A stretch of DNA of 63,239 nt from Candidatus Bathyarchaeota archaeon (GCA_005881695.1 VBBT01000113.1:1-63239), one strand, 5' to 3'. Positions 39,911 through 50,077 are shown, counted from the first letter of the stretch. The notes: generated from the sequence alone by a model not told the origin. Program-made: numbers and translations.

Positions 39911-40688
39911 CTAGGATCGAGAGTGCTTGCGTAGGGCTGATCCCGTTGTGGACTATCTCGACGAGTGCTCTAGTCATCAAGGAGGGTTTGCGATGCTGGA
40001 ACACGTTTCGCCCAATCGATACTCCAGCAGCTCCTGCCTTGATCGAGTCTGAGACGAGCTGAAGAGCCTCGGATTCACTGCCTGCTTTTGGCCCGCCGGC
40101 TACGACCACCGGTGCTTTGACGCTCTTGACGACGTTTCGGAAGCTCTCAACATCTCCTGTATAGTTCGTCTTGACGACGTCTGCTCCCAGCTCGTACCCG
40201 AGCCGTGTTGCATGGCTGACCACTTCGTAACCGTGCTCGTTCTGGATTCCGGGTCCTCTCGGATACATCATAGCGAGGACTGGTAAGCCGACATTGTCGC
40301 TTTCGTCGAGTATTCGCGAGAACTGGTCGAGCATGTCTTGCTCGTGCTCGGATCCCACGTTGATGTGAACAGATACCGCGTCCGCGCCTAGGCGGAGGGC
40401 TAGTTTGACAGTGGATACCTGCATCTTCCAGTTGGGCTCTCGGGTTAGTCGCGTTGCCCCTGAGAGATGGAATATGAGACCCATTCCTTGGTTGTCAACT
40501 GTCTTGGCTATGCCAGCATGGACGAGTACAGCGTCCGCTCCGCCCTTGGCTACGTTATCTATCGTGTCTGCCATGTCTGTGAGTCCTTCGATTGGTCCGA
40601 CTGATACTCCATGGTCCATCGGGATGATGACAGTCTTGCCATCTTGTCGGAATATCCGTCTGAGTCTGCGAGTTTTTCCTGTTTCCAT
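39876..40688 (-). CDS. aroA': 2-amino-3,7-dideoxy-D-threo-hept-6-ulosonate synthase (class I aldolase, AroA')
   Basis: PMDHG, MMYPRG, ADVVKTNY and GRNVFQH motifs; adjacent to DHQ synthase II. Confidence 0.88.
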   Translation of the reverse strand: METGKTRRLRRIFRQDGKTVIIPMDHGVSVGPIEGLTDMADTIDNVAKGGADAVLVHAGIAKTVDNQGMGLIFHLSGATRLTREPNWKMQVSTVKLALRLGADAVSVHINVGSEHEQDMLDQFSRILDESDNVGLPVLAMMYPRGPGIQNEHGYEVVSHATRLGYELGADVVKTNYTGDVESFRNVVKSVKAPVVVAGGPKAGSESEALQLVSDSIKAGAAGVSIGRNVFQHRKPSLMTRALVEIVHNGISPTQALSILGERSERILARA

Positions 40689-40697
40689 TTTCTCGGA

Positions 40698-41747
40698 TCA
40701 CTTGATGAGTTTCTTTGCTAGGAAGAGTTCGGCGTTGAGGATGGAGCATCCGGCTCCGCCGCGGATCAGGTTGTGGCCTAGCGCCATGTACTTGACACCG
40801 TTCAATGCTGGGTCTCTCCGGACCCGTCCGACCGTCACCGTCATTCCGTTTCCCTCGTCAACATCGAGCCTCGTCTGAGGACGATCCTCTTCCTCCCGGA
40901 CAACAATTGGGTGTTCGGGTGCTGAGGGGAGTTTGAGCTGTTGAGGAGTTCCCTTGAACTCTCGCATCACCTTCACGATTTCACTGGGGGTTGCAGGTGA
41001 TCGTGTCTTGGCGAAGACTGATTCCATGTGTCCATGGAGTGTTGGGACCCTGTTACAGCTGGCGGAGACGGTAATCCCGGCAGGTTTTGTTATTGTCCCG
41101 AGTATCTTGTTGGTTTCATGTTCGACTTTTTCCTCTTCGTTTCGGATGAATGGGATGACGTTCTGCATGATGTCGAGGGACGCGACTCCAGGGTAGCCTG
41201 CACCGGACACGGCTTGCATCGAAGATACGACGACGGTTTCGAGCCCGAAGTTGTCTTGGAGAGGTTTGAGCGAGAGCGTCAGAATGGCGGTCGTACAGTT
41301 GGGGTTAGCGACTATGAAACCGTCCGTCTTCATCCGTCGCTTCTGTTCATCCACCATCTCAGCGTGTTCAGGGTTTACTTCGGGATTCAAGAGCGGGACG
41401 AGTTGATCCATTCTGTGCGATGATGCGTTGGAGAACACCGGCATCCCCGCTCTGGCGAAATCCTCTTCCACCGGTCCTGCGACTTCAGCGGGCAGGGCTG
41501 AGAAGGCTAGGTCTGGGTCGTCTAGAGCTTGTGGCTTGGGTTCTGTAAGGACGAGTCCTCCAATCCCGTCAGGGAGGTTTGCTTCTTTTCTTGATCCGAT
41601 CGATGTGGCATATTCTTTACCTACGTTCTTGTCGGACGCAGCGACTGCACTCACCTCGAACCATGGGTGGTGGGCTAGTAGCTGGACGAATTTCTGACCC
41701 ATCATTCCGGTCGCGCCAAGGACGGCTACCTTTCTCTTGTTCACCAT
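40698..41747 (-). CDS. asd: Aspartate-semialdehyde dehydrogenase
   Basis: LGATG, NPNCTT, QAVSGAG and HNLIRG motifs. Confidence 0.95.
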   Translation of the reverse strand: MVNKRKVAVLGATGMMGQKFVQLLAHHPWFEVSAVAASDKNVGKEYATSIGSRKEANLPDGIGGLVLTEPKPQALDDPDLAFSALPAEVAGPVEEDFARAGMPVFSNASSHRMDQLVPLLNPEVNPEHAEMVDEQKRRMKTDGFIVANPNCTTAILTLSLKPLQDNFGLETVVVSSMQAVSGAGYPGVASLDIMQNVIPFIRNEEEKVEHETNKILGTITKPAGITVSASCNRVPTLHGHMESVFAKTRSPATPSEIVKVMREFKGTPQQLKLPSAPEHPIVVREEEDRPQTRLDVDEGNGMTVTVGRVRRDPALNGVKYMALGHNLIRGGAGCSILNAELFLAKKLIK

Positions 41748-41748
41748 T

Positions 41749-43095
41749 CTAGTTGTTCTCCAGCGAGGTTCTGATCAGCTTACCCGCCTGTTTCCTGACC
41801 TTCCAGTCGACTAGGACGAGGACGGAGGATGTTATGGTGAGGACGCCGAATATGTTGATGTTGCTCGAACGCAACGCATCGCTGATTCTCGCGACGACTC
41901 CGGGCGTCTCTTCCAAGCCTACTCCTTTGACTGTGATGAGGGCCATTCCCATCCGAGCGGCGAGCGCTAGACCGTGAGGGTCGTTTGCGACTACGTCGTG
42001 AAGTCTGGATATTTGTCGCCGTAAGCTTGGTGTCTGGCTAAGGTAGAGAATCGCGCTGTCACTATCTTGCGAGATAGCGACCAGATTCGTTCTGATGATC
42101 TTCGTGACTTTCCGGATAAGTTCTGGGTTCTGGGGCAGGTCTCTTCCTACCAGGGTTATGGAGGCGACCAGGTCTGGATTGTGGATTTTCACCTCCAGTT
42201 CGGGCAGTGGTCCGCCTGTGATCTGTGTTCCCTGTGCGTCGAGTCTTCCTGCTGCGCTGGGTATGACTCGGATGTTGATCCCTGGGTCTTTGTATCGCAG
42301 CGCCTTTCGATGGATGAATTTTGTTCCGCTATCGGCGATTCCAATCAACGCTTTCATGTCGATGGTTCTCAGAACATGCGCGTTACTGATCAAGTTCGGG
42401 TCGCCCGTGAGGATTCCTGGCGCGCTGGTTACCAGGACGACCTCGTCTGCTCCAAGTGCGGTGGCGAGTAGGAGAGCGGTGGTGTCGCTTCCTCCACGTC
42501 CCAGCGTGTTAATTCGTCCATCTCTGGTCCGGCCTATGAAACCACCGATGACCGGGACAATTCCGTCCTCGACCACAGGTTTCACGTATTTTCGTATACG
42601 TTGAATGCACGTTGCTCGCAACGGGTTGGCATTTGAAAAATCATGATCCGTTATGATCGGCCAGTCTCGATCCGAAGGGTCGAAGTAGCGGGCTTGTATC
42701 CCGCATGATTTCAAAGATGCGGCGAAGATCCTCGCGCTGGTTCTCTCGCCCATCGCGAGAATATCGTCTCTATCCGTTTCTACTATTCCTGTACCATTGT
42801 TCGTAAGTTCGAGAAGCTCGTCAGTAGTTCTTCCAACAGCGCTGACTACCGCAACCAGTCTGTTTCCTTTGGAGTATTCTCTCGCAACTGATTCTGCTGC
42901 GAGACTGATTTTTTTTCCGTTGGATAGGCTGGACCCGCCGAACTTCACGATAATTAGACGGCGACGCTGGCGTCTTGTGAAACGCCTGCTTGAACGGGGT
43001 CCGTTGTAGCTTGTTTTGAATGTTGGAGTCTGATTCTGGTGCTTAGACCTGGATGAGGGTCTCGGGAGCGGGCTTATGCCAGTAAAGATGACCAC
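41749..43095 (-). CDS. ask: Aspartate kinase
   Basis: VKFGGSS, TLGRGGSD and C-terminal ACT domain; true start uncertain. Confidence 0.9.
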   Translation of the reverse strand: MVIFTGISPLPRPSSRSKHQNQTPTFKTSYNGPRSSRRFTRRQRRRLIIVKFGGSSLSNGKKISLAAESVAREYSKGNRLVAVVSAVGRTTDELLELTNNGTGIVETDRDDILAMGERTSARIFAASLKSCGIQARYFDPSDRDWPIITDHDFSNANPLRATCIQRIRKYVKPVVEDGIVPVIGGFIGRTRDGRINTLGRGGSDTTALLLATALGADEVVLVTSAPGILTGDPNLISNAHVLRTIDMKALIGIADSGTKFIHRKALRYKDPGINIRVIPSAAGRLDAQGTQITGGPLPELEVKIHNPDLVASITLVGRDLPQNPELIRKVTKIIRTNLVAISQDSDSAILYLSQTPSLRRQISRLHDVVANDPHGLALAARMGMALITVKGVGLEETPGVVARISDALRSSNINIFGVLTITSSVLVLVDWKVRKQAGKLIRTSLENN

Positions 43096-43279
43096 CCATC
43101 CCCGTTCACACCAGAGATAAGTTCCAATTACGCTGCCCGCTTATTTAGCGTTATGGAAACCCTTTCGTTCGCATTTCACAAGACAGAGAGGATTCTCCGG
43201 CTCGAATTGGGGCAGGATGGCGTGATTGGTCTCGTTCCGTAGTCGAAGCGAGGCTCAGCGTGTTTGAGAGAGGCGGGGT

Positions 43280-43807
43280 CTAGGTGCTAGCTCCAACAAC
43301 CATTAGGATCAGCGCGATCGCCAGCAAGGCAACTCCCAATCTTCCAGCTATGCCCATTCGCTTCTGGAGACCTGCCATTTGGGCTGCCATCGGATTTTGA
43401 GCCGATGCTTCCGCCGTTGGCTTCGGAGCTTGCTTTGTCAGAGATATGAATTTGCGGCCCGCTGGAACTAGGATTCCAAGCGCTATGATGAGGACAACTA
43501 AGCCTAGCACGGCGCCTGCTTGGATGTAGACTAGTCCCGGACCGGTCAGGGCGAACGAGCTTGTTGTCTGCGTTGTTACATATCCGTAGAGGATGAGTCC
43601 AGCTATTATTGCCAGGATTGAGCTTCCGGTGATGAACCCGAGGTATCTTGGGAGAGCGGATTGGATGAATTCGGCTCGGGAGGCCGGAGACATTTTGGAG
43701 AGTGATGGAATGATGACGGATACGAATAGTGCAGCGCCCCCCATCCAGGCTACTATCGCGCCAATGTGGAGAACTAGCAGAACGAGAAATGGAGCATCAG
43801 CAGCCAT
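43280..43807 (-). CDS. Four-helix membrane protein (CopD/DUF4149-like)
   Basis: LHIGAIVAWMGG motif and about 4 TM helices; ATG 43807 preferred. Confidence 0.6.
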   Translation of the reverse strand: MAADAPFLVLLVLHIGAIVAWMGGAALFVSVIIPSLSKMSPASRAEFIQSALPRYLGFITGSSILAIIAGLILYGYVTTQTTSSFALTGPGLVYIQAGAVLGLVVLIIALGILVPAGRKFISLTKQAPKPTAEASAQNPMAAQMAGLQKRMGIAGRLGVALLAIALILMVVGAST

Positions 43808-43922
43808 ATGCTTGAACCGATTTAGCGCTTGGGGGGTGAGGTTATTATGATATGCCACTTGCCTTCCATCATACCTTTTTCTGTAGAAAACATGGAATAA
43901 GAGAATGACGCTAAACCGAAAA

Positions 43923-44060
43923 TGGAATCAACAACTGGAAATCAGGTTCTGAAACCGCTTTTTGAAACGCATTATTGAAACGCAAGTTGAAACCGGTTCT
44001 TGAAACTGCTCTTGAAAACAGTGCCTGGAATCTACTTCCCGAAACGGGTAACCGTGAATT
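43923..44060. repeat. Periodic array of (T)TGAAAC-like motifs with 12-15 bp spacing
   Basis: TGAAAC at 43950, 43963, 43976, 43988 and 44001; variants at 43923, 43936, 44013, 44026, 44040 and 44055. Confidence 0.8.
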
Positions 44061-44157
44061 TTTCGGGCCCCCCCGGGGCCTACTCAAGTCTCGCACCGCC
44101 CCTCATGTTCCGTTCAAGAACTCTTAATGCCAACCCAACCCGCTATTTCCTTCATCC

Positions 44158-45984
44158 TTGTGTGGAATATTCGGCTGCGTTCTCCACGACGGTAAAGAAG
44201 CCGCTCCGCTCATCCACGCCGCCCTTAAGCGGTTGGAATACCGAGGGTATGACTCGGTCGGCGAGGTAACGATCTCTAATGGAACTCTTACTGTAAAGAA
44301 GGATAGTGGACGACTTGATGAGGTCCACGCCAGGTACAACCTCGACCTCTTGCCCGGACCCGTGGGCATTGGACATACCCGCTGGGCAACTCATGGCCGA
44401 CCAGTCAAAGAGAACTCTCACCCGCTGGTCGATTGCAAATCCCGGATCGCCGTCGTCCACAACGGGATAATAGAAAATTATCTCGATCTCAAACGCGAGC
44501 TCGAAACCAAAGGGCACCGGTTCGCCTCGAGAACGGACACGGAAGTTGTCCCGCACATGGTCGAGGAATATCTCAGCCAGGGGCTCAGTCTCGAAGAAGC
44601 GTTTCGGAAAACCATCAACCGGCTGGAAGGAGCCTACTCCGTCGTTCTGACCAGCGTTGAGAAGCCGAAGACGATTCTCTGCGCCCGCCAGGAAAGCCCT
44701 CTCGTCCTCGGACTGGGAGATGGAGAATACTACTGCGCCAGCGACATAGCCGCCTTCCTACCCCTGACTCGAAAAGCGTTGATTCTGGAGGAAGGGGAAA
44801 TGGCCGTTCTCGATCCAAACGGGATTAGGATCCTGAAAGCGAAGAACGGGGTTGCCGTAAAGAGAGATACTGTCACGGTAACATGGGACCCGGAGTCCGC
44901 TAAGAAACAGGGTTTCCGACATTTCATGCTCAAGGAGATCCACGAGCAAGTCCATACGATAAGGGACGCGATGAGAACGCACGAGATCTACTATGATCTT
45001 CTCTCCAGCAAGCTGATGCAGGCCGATAAAGTGTTCATCGTCGCTTGCGGAACATCATATCACGCCGGTCTCGTCGGTGGACAGGCCCTAATGAAACTGG
45101 CAGGGATGAACGTCAGGGTCGTGGTAGCATCCGAGTTCTCAGACGAAGCCCTTGACCTCGTTGACTCGAAAACGGCGATCCTTGCAGTAAGCCAGTCCGG
45201 TGAGACTATGGACACTCTTAACGCGGTCAGGGACGCCAAGACGAAAGGAGCTTCGATTGTCAGCGTAACGAACGTCTTGGGTTCCACGCTGATGCGCTTG
45301 TCCGATGTCTATATCGGGCAGAATTCGGGACCCGAGATTGGGGTCGCAGCAACAAAGACCTTCACGTCACAGGTTACCGTTCTCCTCAGACTCGCGATCG
45401 CGATCGGTAGGAAGAAGGGTGAAGTCTCATCGAAAGAGATTAGCGAACTGGAAGAAGCTCTACACCGAACCCCGGCCCTGATTCAGAATCTGTTGAATAC
45501 TCGGGTGGAGGAAGTGAAGAAGATTGCAGAGAGCTGCAGCGGCGCGTCGAGCATCTGTTTCCTCGGGAGAGGAATCAGCGTGCCAACCTCCTTGGAAGGA
45601 CGATTGAAACTCCTGGAGCTGAGTTACATCCCCGCGATCGCGTATCCTGCGGGCGAGAGCAAACACGGCTTCATCGCCCTGATCGAAGAAGGATTCCCGA
45701 CGGTATTCGTAGCACCGAAGGACGATACTCACAAGAAAATAATCGGTAACATCATGGAGATGAAGGCCCGCGGAGCAAGAATAATCTCGATCATTGAAGA
45801 GGGAGACGAAGAGATCAGAAACCTATCCGACGACGTGATAGAAATACCCGAATCCCTCCCATCCCTCGCCACCCCAATCGTCTACGTTGTTCCGCTACAG
45901 CTCCTAGCGTACTACATGTCGGTAATTCTAGGCCATGACCCTGACTATCCGAGAAATCTGGCCAAGAGCGTCACGGTAGAATAG
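44158..45984 (+). CDS. glmS: Glutamine-fructose-6-phosphate transaminase
   Basis: MCGIFG, LEYRGYDS, GHTRWATHG and PRNLAKSVTVE motifs. Confidence 0.97.
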   Translation: MCGIFGCVLHDGKEAAPLIHAALKRLEYRGYDSVGEVTISNGTLTVKKDSGRLDEVHARYNLDLLPGPVGIGHTRWATHGRPVKENSHPLVDCKSRIAVVHNGIIENYLDLKRELETKGHRFASRTDTEVVPHMVEEYLSQGLSLEEAFRKTINRLEGAYSVVLTSVEKPKTILCARQESPLVLGLGDGEYYCASDIAAFLPLTRKALILEEGEMAVLDPNGIRILKAKNGVAVKRDTVTVTWDPESAKKQGFRHFMLKEIHEQVHTIRDAMRTHEIYYDLLSSKLMQADKVFIVACGTSYHAGLVGGQALMKLAGMNVRVVVASEFSDEALDLVDSKTAILAVSQSGETMDTLNAVRDAKTKGASIVSVTNVLGSTLMRLSDVYIGQNSGPEIGVAATKTFTSQVTVLLRLAIAIGRKKGEVSSKEISELEEALHRTPALIQNLLNTRVEEVKKIAESCSGASSICFLGRGISVPTSLEGRLKLLELSYIPAIAYPAGESKHGFIALIEEGFPTVFVAPKDDTHKKIIGNIMEMKARGARIISIIEEGDEEIRNLSDDVIEIPESLPSLATPIVYVVPLQLLAYYMSVILGHDPDYPRNLAKSVTVE

Positions 45985-46001
45985 TCACCGTCGGGATCGC
46001 C

Positions 46002-46397
46002 TTGTTGGATGTTGCTGAAGAACAGCGAATGCTGGAAGAGAAAGTGGGCAAGGCCTTGGGAGAGGCGAGGACCAAACTCGACGCAGCTCTAGATCATCTC
46101 TCCAAAGGTGGAACAGACTCTGAGAAGAAAGTCTGGTGGGCCGAGGAAGCAACCGAATACAGCAGTCTGCTCTACTCGCTCACCTATGGTCTCGAAGACG
46201 AGGACCCGCCAGTCCCGGTGAGGAAGAGGAACGCCGAGCCCATTCCACTGGTCAAGGAATCATCGGAATCGCTACGGCGCGCGACAGAGCTTCGCGGCAA
46301 ATCACCCTTGGAAGGGTACCGATATCTCAGGACTGCAGTCTACAAGCTTAGAGAAGCCCATCACATTCTCGAAAAAGCACGTACGAAAAAGCGCTAG
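46002..46397 (+). CDS. Hypothetical helical protein
   Basis: 131-aa co-oriented ORF. Confidence 0.6.
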   Translation: MLDVAEEQRMLEEKVGKALGEARTKLDAALDHLSKGGTDSEKKVWWAEEATEYSSLLYSLTYGLEDEDPPVPVRKRNAEPIPLVKESSESLRRATELRGKSPLEGYRYLRTAVYKLREAHHILEKARTKKR

Positions 46398-46447
46398 CCT
46401 TTAACTAGAGGCTGGGCTGGCGCAAGCCCTCTCGCAGGCGCTTCCAT

Positions 46448-47386
46448 ATGTTCCGGTCCGTAGTATGCCTCGCAGGCGGGGTAGGTGCAGCACGTTTCCT
46501 TGACGGCCTTGCACAAGTCTACCCGCCGGAAAAGGTAACAGCGATCGTCAACACTGGAGACGACCTTGACTATCTCGGTGTCCACATCAGCCCCGACATT
46601 GACATTGTCACCTACACACTCGCTGGAATCGTTGACAAGGAAAAAGGCTACGGGATTGCGGGGGACACTTACAACTGCATGGCACAGCTTGAGCGTTATT
46701 CTGCGGAAACATGGTTTCGGATCGGAGACAGGGATTTCGCAACCCACCTCCTCAGAACAGCCTTCCTGCAACAGGGATTCAGCCAATCGGAATTGACCGA
46801 GAAAATTCGAATATTCCTGGGCGTGAAGGTCAGAATCCTGCCTATGACTGACCAGATGGTGGCTACCAAGATCAAGACCTCTGCAGGGCTATTGGATTTC
46901 CAGGAGTATTTTGTCAAGAGAAAATTCGAGGACGATGTGGAAGATGTAAGCTACGAGGGAGCGAGCATAGCGACGCCTTCACCAGGCGTTGTGGAATCAA
47001 TAGAAAAATCAGAAGTCATCATCCTCTGCCCCAGCAACCCCATCCTTAGCATCGGACCAATCCTCGCCATTCCCGGAATTCGCAACGCTCTAGCGAAGAC
47101 CAAAGGCCGGATTCTCGGTATCAGCCCCATCGTCGGAGGAAGATCGATAAAGGGTCCCTTAGATCGTATCATGCGCCACCTGGGGTTGGAGGTCTCCCCC
47201 CTCGGAGTTGCCCAACTCTACAAGGGACTCCTGAGAGGCTTCGTTATCGACGATGTCGACAAGTCCGTTGCCTCCAAGATTAACAGCCTTGGAATGAAGG
47301 TCATGTTAACCCAGACAATAATGGACTCATCGGCAGCTAGAGCCAGGTTGGCAGAAGATACCTTGAAGCTGGCGGAGACCCTTTGA
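46448..47386 (+). CDS. cofD: 2-phospho-L-lactate transferase (F420 biosynthesis)
   Basis: GGVGAARFL, VNTGDD, ISPDID, GDRDFATH and PSNP..SIGPIL motifs. Confidence 0.93.
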   Translation: MFRSVVCLAGGVGAARFLDGLAQVYPPEKVTAIVNTGDDLDYLGVHISPDIDIVTYTLAGIVDKEKGYGIAGDTYNCMAQLERYSAETWFRIGDRDFATHLLRTAFLQQGFSQSELTEKIRIFLGVKVRILPMTDQMVATKIKTSAGLLDFQEYFVKRKFEDDVEDVSYEGASIATPSPGVVESIEKSEVIILCPSNPILSIGPILAIPGIRNALAKTKGRILGISPIVGGRSIKGPLDRIMRHLGLEVSPLGVAQLYKGLLRGFVIDDVDKSVASKINSLGMKVMLTQTIMDSSAARARLAEDTLKLAETL

Positions 47387-48051
47387 CAAAAGACTTCGCA
47401 ATCATCCCAGTCAAAGGACTGGTCGAAAGCAAGAGCAGGCTCGTCCGCTCCCTAAGTCCAGAAGACAAGAAAAAACTCATCATCGCTTTATTGGAAGACG
47501 TGATGATCGCAGTCAAAGAATCTCAACTTTTCAGCCGAGTCCTAGTTGTTTCCCCTGACCCCAATGTCGAGAAAGAGGCGAACTTACCTTATGGGACATT
47601 TCTCCACCAAGAAGGACAGGGGCTCAACGCCGGCATCCGACAGTCAACGCTCTTTGCTATGCGCGAGAAGGCATCGTCCGTGGCTGTCCTGTTGGCCGAC
47701 ATCCCTATGATAGAACCGCGGGATTTGAAAGAGCTATACTCAGTAGGAGGCACCGCCCAGAAGGTTGTCTTGACCCCTTCCCTGAAGGGAGGGACCAATG
47801 TAATGGTGCGAGAGCCTCCTAACATTATCGCACCTACTTATGGAAGATGGAGCTTTAGCACCCATCTTAGAGCAGCACAGAAGGCAGGCTTTGCTGTCTA
47901 TTCTGTCTCAAATCCACGTTTGTCGTTCGACGTTGACACTCTTGAAGATCTGATCGCCGTCGCAAGAAAGGATCCTCATGGAAAAACTCGCACTGCAAAA
48001 TGTCTCCAAGAAATGACACTGCTTCACGTCCTTGCCCGAAGCTCAAAGTAA
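47383..48051 (+). CDS. cofC: 2-phospho-L-lactate/PEP guanylyltransferase (F420 biosynthesis)
   Basis: IIPVK...SKSRL, GLNA, GGTN and FDVDTLEDL motifs. Confidence 0.9.
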   Translation: MTKDFAIIPVKGLVESKSRLVRSLSPEDKKKLIIALLEDVMIAVKESQLFSRVLVVSPDPNVEKEANLPYGTFLHQEGQGLNAGIRQSTLFAMREKASSVAVLLADIPMIEPRDLKELYSVGGTAQKVVLTPSLKGGTNVMVREPPNIIAPTYGRWSFSTHLRAAQKAGFAVYSVSNPRLSFDVDTLEDLIAVARKDPHGKTRTAKCLQEMTLLHVLARSSK

Positions 48052-48119
48052 GCCCGACCAGGCTTGCAACTCATTCTTGAGTAGAAACTCTTTTATGAGT
48101 AGAACTTCGCGGGCGGCTC

Positions 48120-48773
48120 ATGACCGTCCAGAGGAGCAGTGTTTCGAGAACTACCTCGCTTACAGGAGCAGCCGTGTTTGGTGCGCTGGCAGCGGTAATC
48201 GCCTTCCTTATTCAGATACCCTATCCCGTTCCAGGTTTTACGTTTCTTCAGCTCGACCTTGCGGAGATAGTAGACGTTCTTGCTTTTCTCTTATTTGGGC
48301 CTGCAGTTGGACTGCTCACGACCCTAATCCATTACTTAGTCCTCAATTTCTTGCCAACAGCGTCCCCAATATTCGGACCCCTGCTCAAGCTGTTCGGTGT
48401 AACGAGCATGCTTCTAGGAATGTGGCTCGGATACGGAGCTTACTCTCGTATTCTCAAACGGACGGGAGGTGTGATAACCGGCTACGGCATTATGTTGGGA
48501 ACAGGTGCCGTCCTTCGGGCAATCTTATTGACTCCAATCAACTACGTCTTTCTAATTTTCGTATTTGCACCCAACACGGCTTTCTCAACTTCATTTCTAA
48601 GTTTCTATTTCGCTGGACTCGCAATATACAACGTTCTTCAGACCGTGCTGGCCACAGTCGTACCGTTCGTTGTGGTAAAGGCTCTTCGAAAGGCTGCGCC
48701 GAATTTGGAAGTCAGAACTTGGGTCGCTAAGATGAAGCCCTCAAGGCCTGCACAGACTCAGAAAACCCCGTAG
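48120..48773 (+). CDS. ECF transporter S component
   Basis: FLQLDLAE...LLFGP..G motif and about 6 TM helices. Confidence 0.75.
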   Translation: MTVQRSSVSRTTSLTGAAVFGALAAVIAFLIQIPYPVPGFTFLQLDLAEIVDVLAFLLFGPAVGLLTTLIHYLVLNFLPTASPIFGPLLKLFGVTSMLLGMWLGYGAYSRILKRTGGVITGYGIMLGTGAVLRAILLTPINYVFLIFVFAPNTAFSTSFLSFYFAGLAIYNVLQTVLATVVPFVVVKALRKAAPNLEVRTWVAKMKPSRPAQTQKTP

Positions 48774-48780
48774 ACTCGAT

Positions 48781-49854
48781 CTATCTTCTTGCCTCGACGC
48801 GGCTGAATTTCTTTCGCTCTAACACTGGTTGAACTCCTATGGCCGCGTTGTTTCGCCTTCGGTCAATGATGTCTTCCTCTCCAGGTCCAGTTCCAATCAA
48901 AGTAACTGGGATTCCGGTCTCTTGCTCGATCTTCGAAACGAACTCTCTCGCTTCTCTGTCGAGATCGTCCATCCGCCTGGCTCCTTTGGCGCTAGGGAAC
49001 AGCACGTCGAGTTTGGTCAAAGCTATTTGAGTTGCCCCGTTGAGTTGGACCGCTCTCTTTGCAAGCTTGAAATCGAAAGGTGCGGCCCTCCTCTCTCGCC
49101 CTGTAACGGTTCCAAACTCTGTCCATCCACGGCTCGCAACCTCATCACGCTCTAGTTGACCCTCTAGGGGTCCTTCTCCTACTCGTGTCACGTATGCCTT
49201 GAAGATGACTATGACATCGTCAACTTGAGTCGGGCCGACACCTACATCGGCGCAGGCTGCAGAGGCGGTGGTATCTTTGGAGGTGACGTAGGGGTAGGTT
49301 CCGTGATAGAGGCTGAGAAAGGTGCCCTGGGTTCCTTCAACGATGACCTTCTTTTTCTCTGATAGCGCTCGCTGAATTTCCTCGACAGTATCGCCCACGT
49401 ACGGTTTGAGGCTTGGAATCTGTTGAGCCAATTTCGCCAATCTCAAGGCTCGTTCTGCATTACACGCCCCAACTCCACTCTTAGTAGAGCCAACTTTCTT
49501 TGATAGATGGTCTGATCGTGATTCCTGCTCTTTGTGGCGCGGCTCAACGATGGCGCACTGATTGTCAACCTCGATTCTTCGTTCGGAGTCGGTTTTTCGG
49601 AGCTCTTCGAGTAAGACGGTCGGGTCGACGGGGACCCCGGGTCCGATGAGAAGGCGGGTCGAGGGGTTGACGAAGCCGCTCGGGATGAGTCTTAGCGAGT
49701 ACTGGACTCCACCGTGGATCACCGTATGTCCAGCGTTCGGTCCGTTCCCGCCCCTAACGCATATGTCGGGTTTGTCCTTCATTGCTAGATAAGCGGCTAT
49801 CTTTCCCTTTCCTTCGTCTCCGAAGAAACCGCCGACAATAACCGTACAGGGCAT
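48781..49854 (-). CDS. purA: Adenylosuccinate synthetase (short archaeal form)
   Basis: GDEGKGK, NAGHT, YPYVTS and EFGTVTGRERR motifs. Confidence 0.95.
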   Translation of the reverse strand: MPCTVIVGGFFGDEGKGKIAAYLAMKDKPDICVRGGNGPNAGHTVIHGGVQYSLRLIPSGFVNPSTRLLIGPGVPVDPTVLLEELRKTDSERRIEVDNQCAIVEPRHKEQESRSDHLSKKVGSTKSGVGACNAERALRLAKLAQQIPSLKPYVGDTVEEIQRALSEKKKVIVEGTQGTFLSLYHGTYPYVTSKDTTASAACADVGVGPTQVDDVIVIFKAYVTRVGEGPLEGQLERDEVASRGWTEFGTVTGRERRAAPFDFKLAKRAVQLNGATQIALTKLDVLFPSAKGARRMDDLDREAREFVSKIEQETGIPVTLIGTGPGEEDIIDRRRNNAAIGVQPVLERKKFSRVEARR

Positions 49855-50035
49855 CAGGTATCCGAGCAGCGTAGAACTACGGTAGAATAAGACTTTTGAA
49901 ATGATTCTCTGAAAACCAATTCTGATCTAGCTTAGGTCTCCGGCTCCTGTCTAATCCGGGCCACAAGATGAGGAATGAGCTCTCGATTCAATAATCGCAG
50001 AGTCGTCACGGGCAGGTATCGGAACTGGTATTGAA

Positions 50036-50067
50036 AAACAGAGGAAAGTGTGGCCGCAAAGCCACAC
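50036..50067 (-). terminator. Hairpin followed by U-rich tract downstream of the DUF4331 gene
   Basis: GTGTGGC/GCCACAC stem (50048-50067) followed on the minus strand by TTTCCTCTGTTTTT. Confidence 0.55.
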
Positions 50068-50077
50068 ATTGTCAAGA

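Noticed and set aside
43923..44060. CRISPR array, since TTGAAAC resembles CRISPR repeat 3' ends
   Set aside because: The period is only about 13 bp, there are no 25-40 bp repeats or spacers, and no cas genes are in the window
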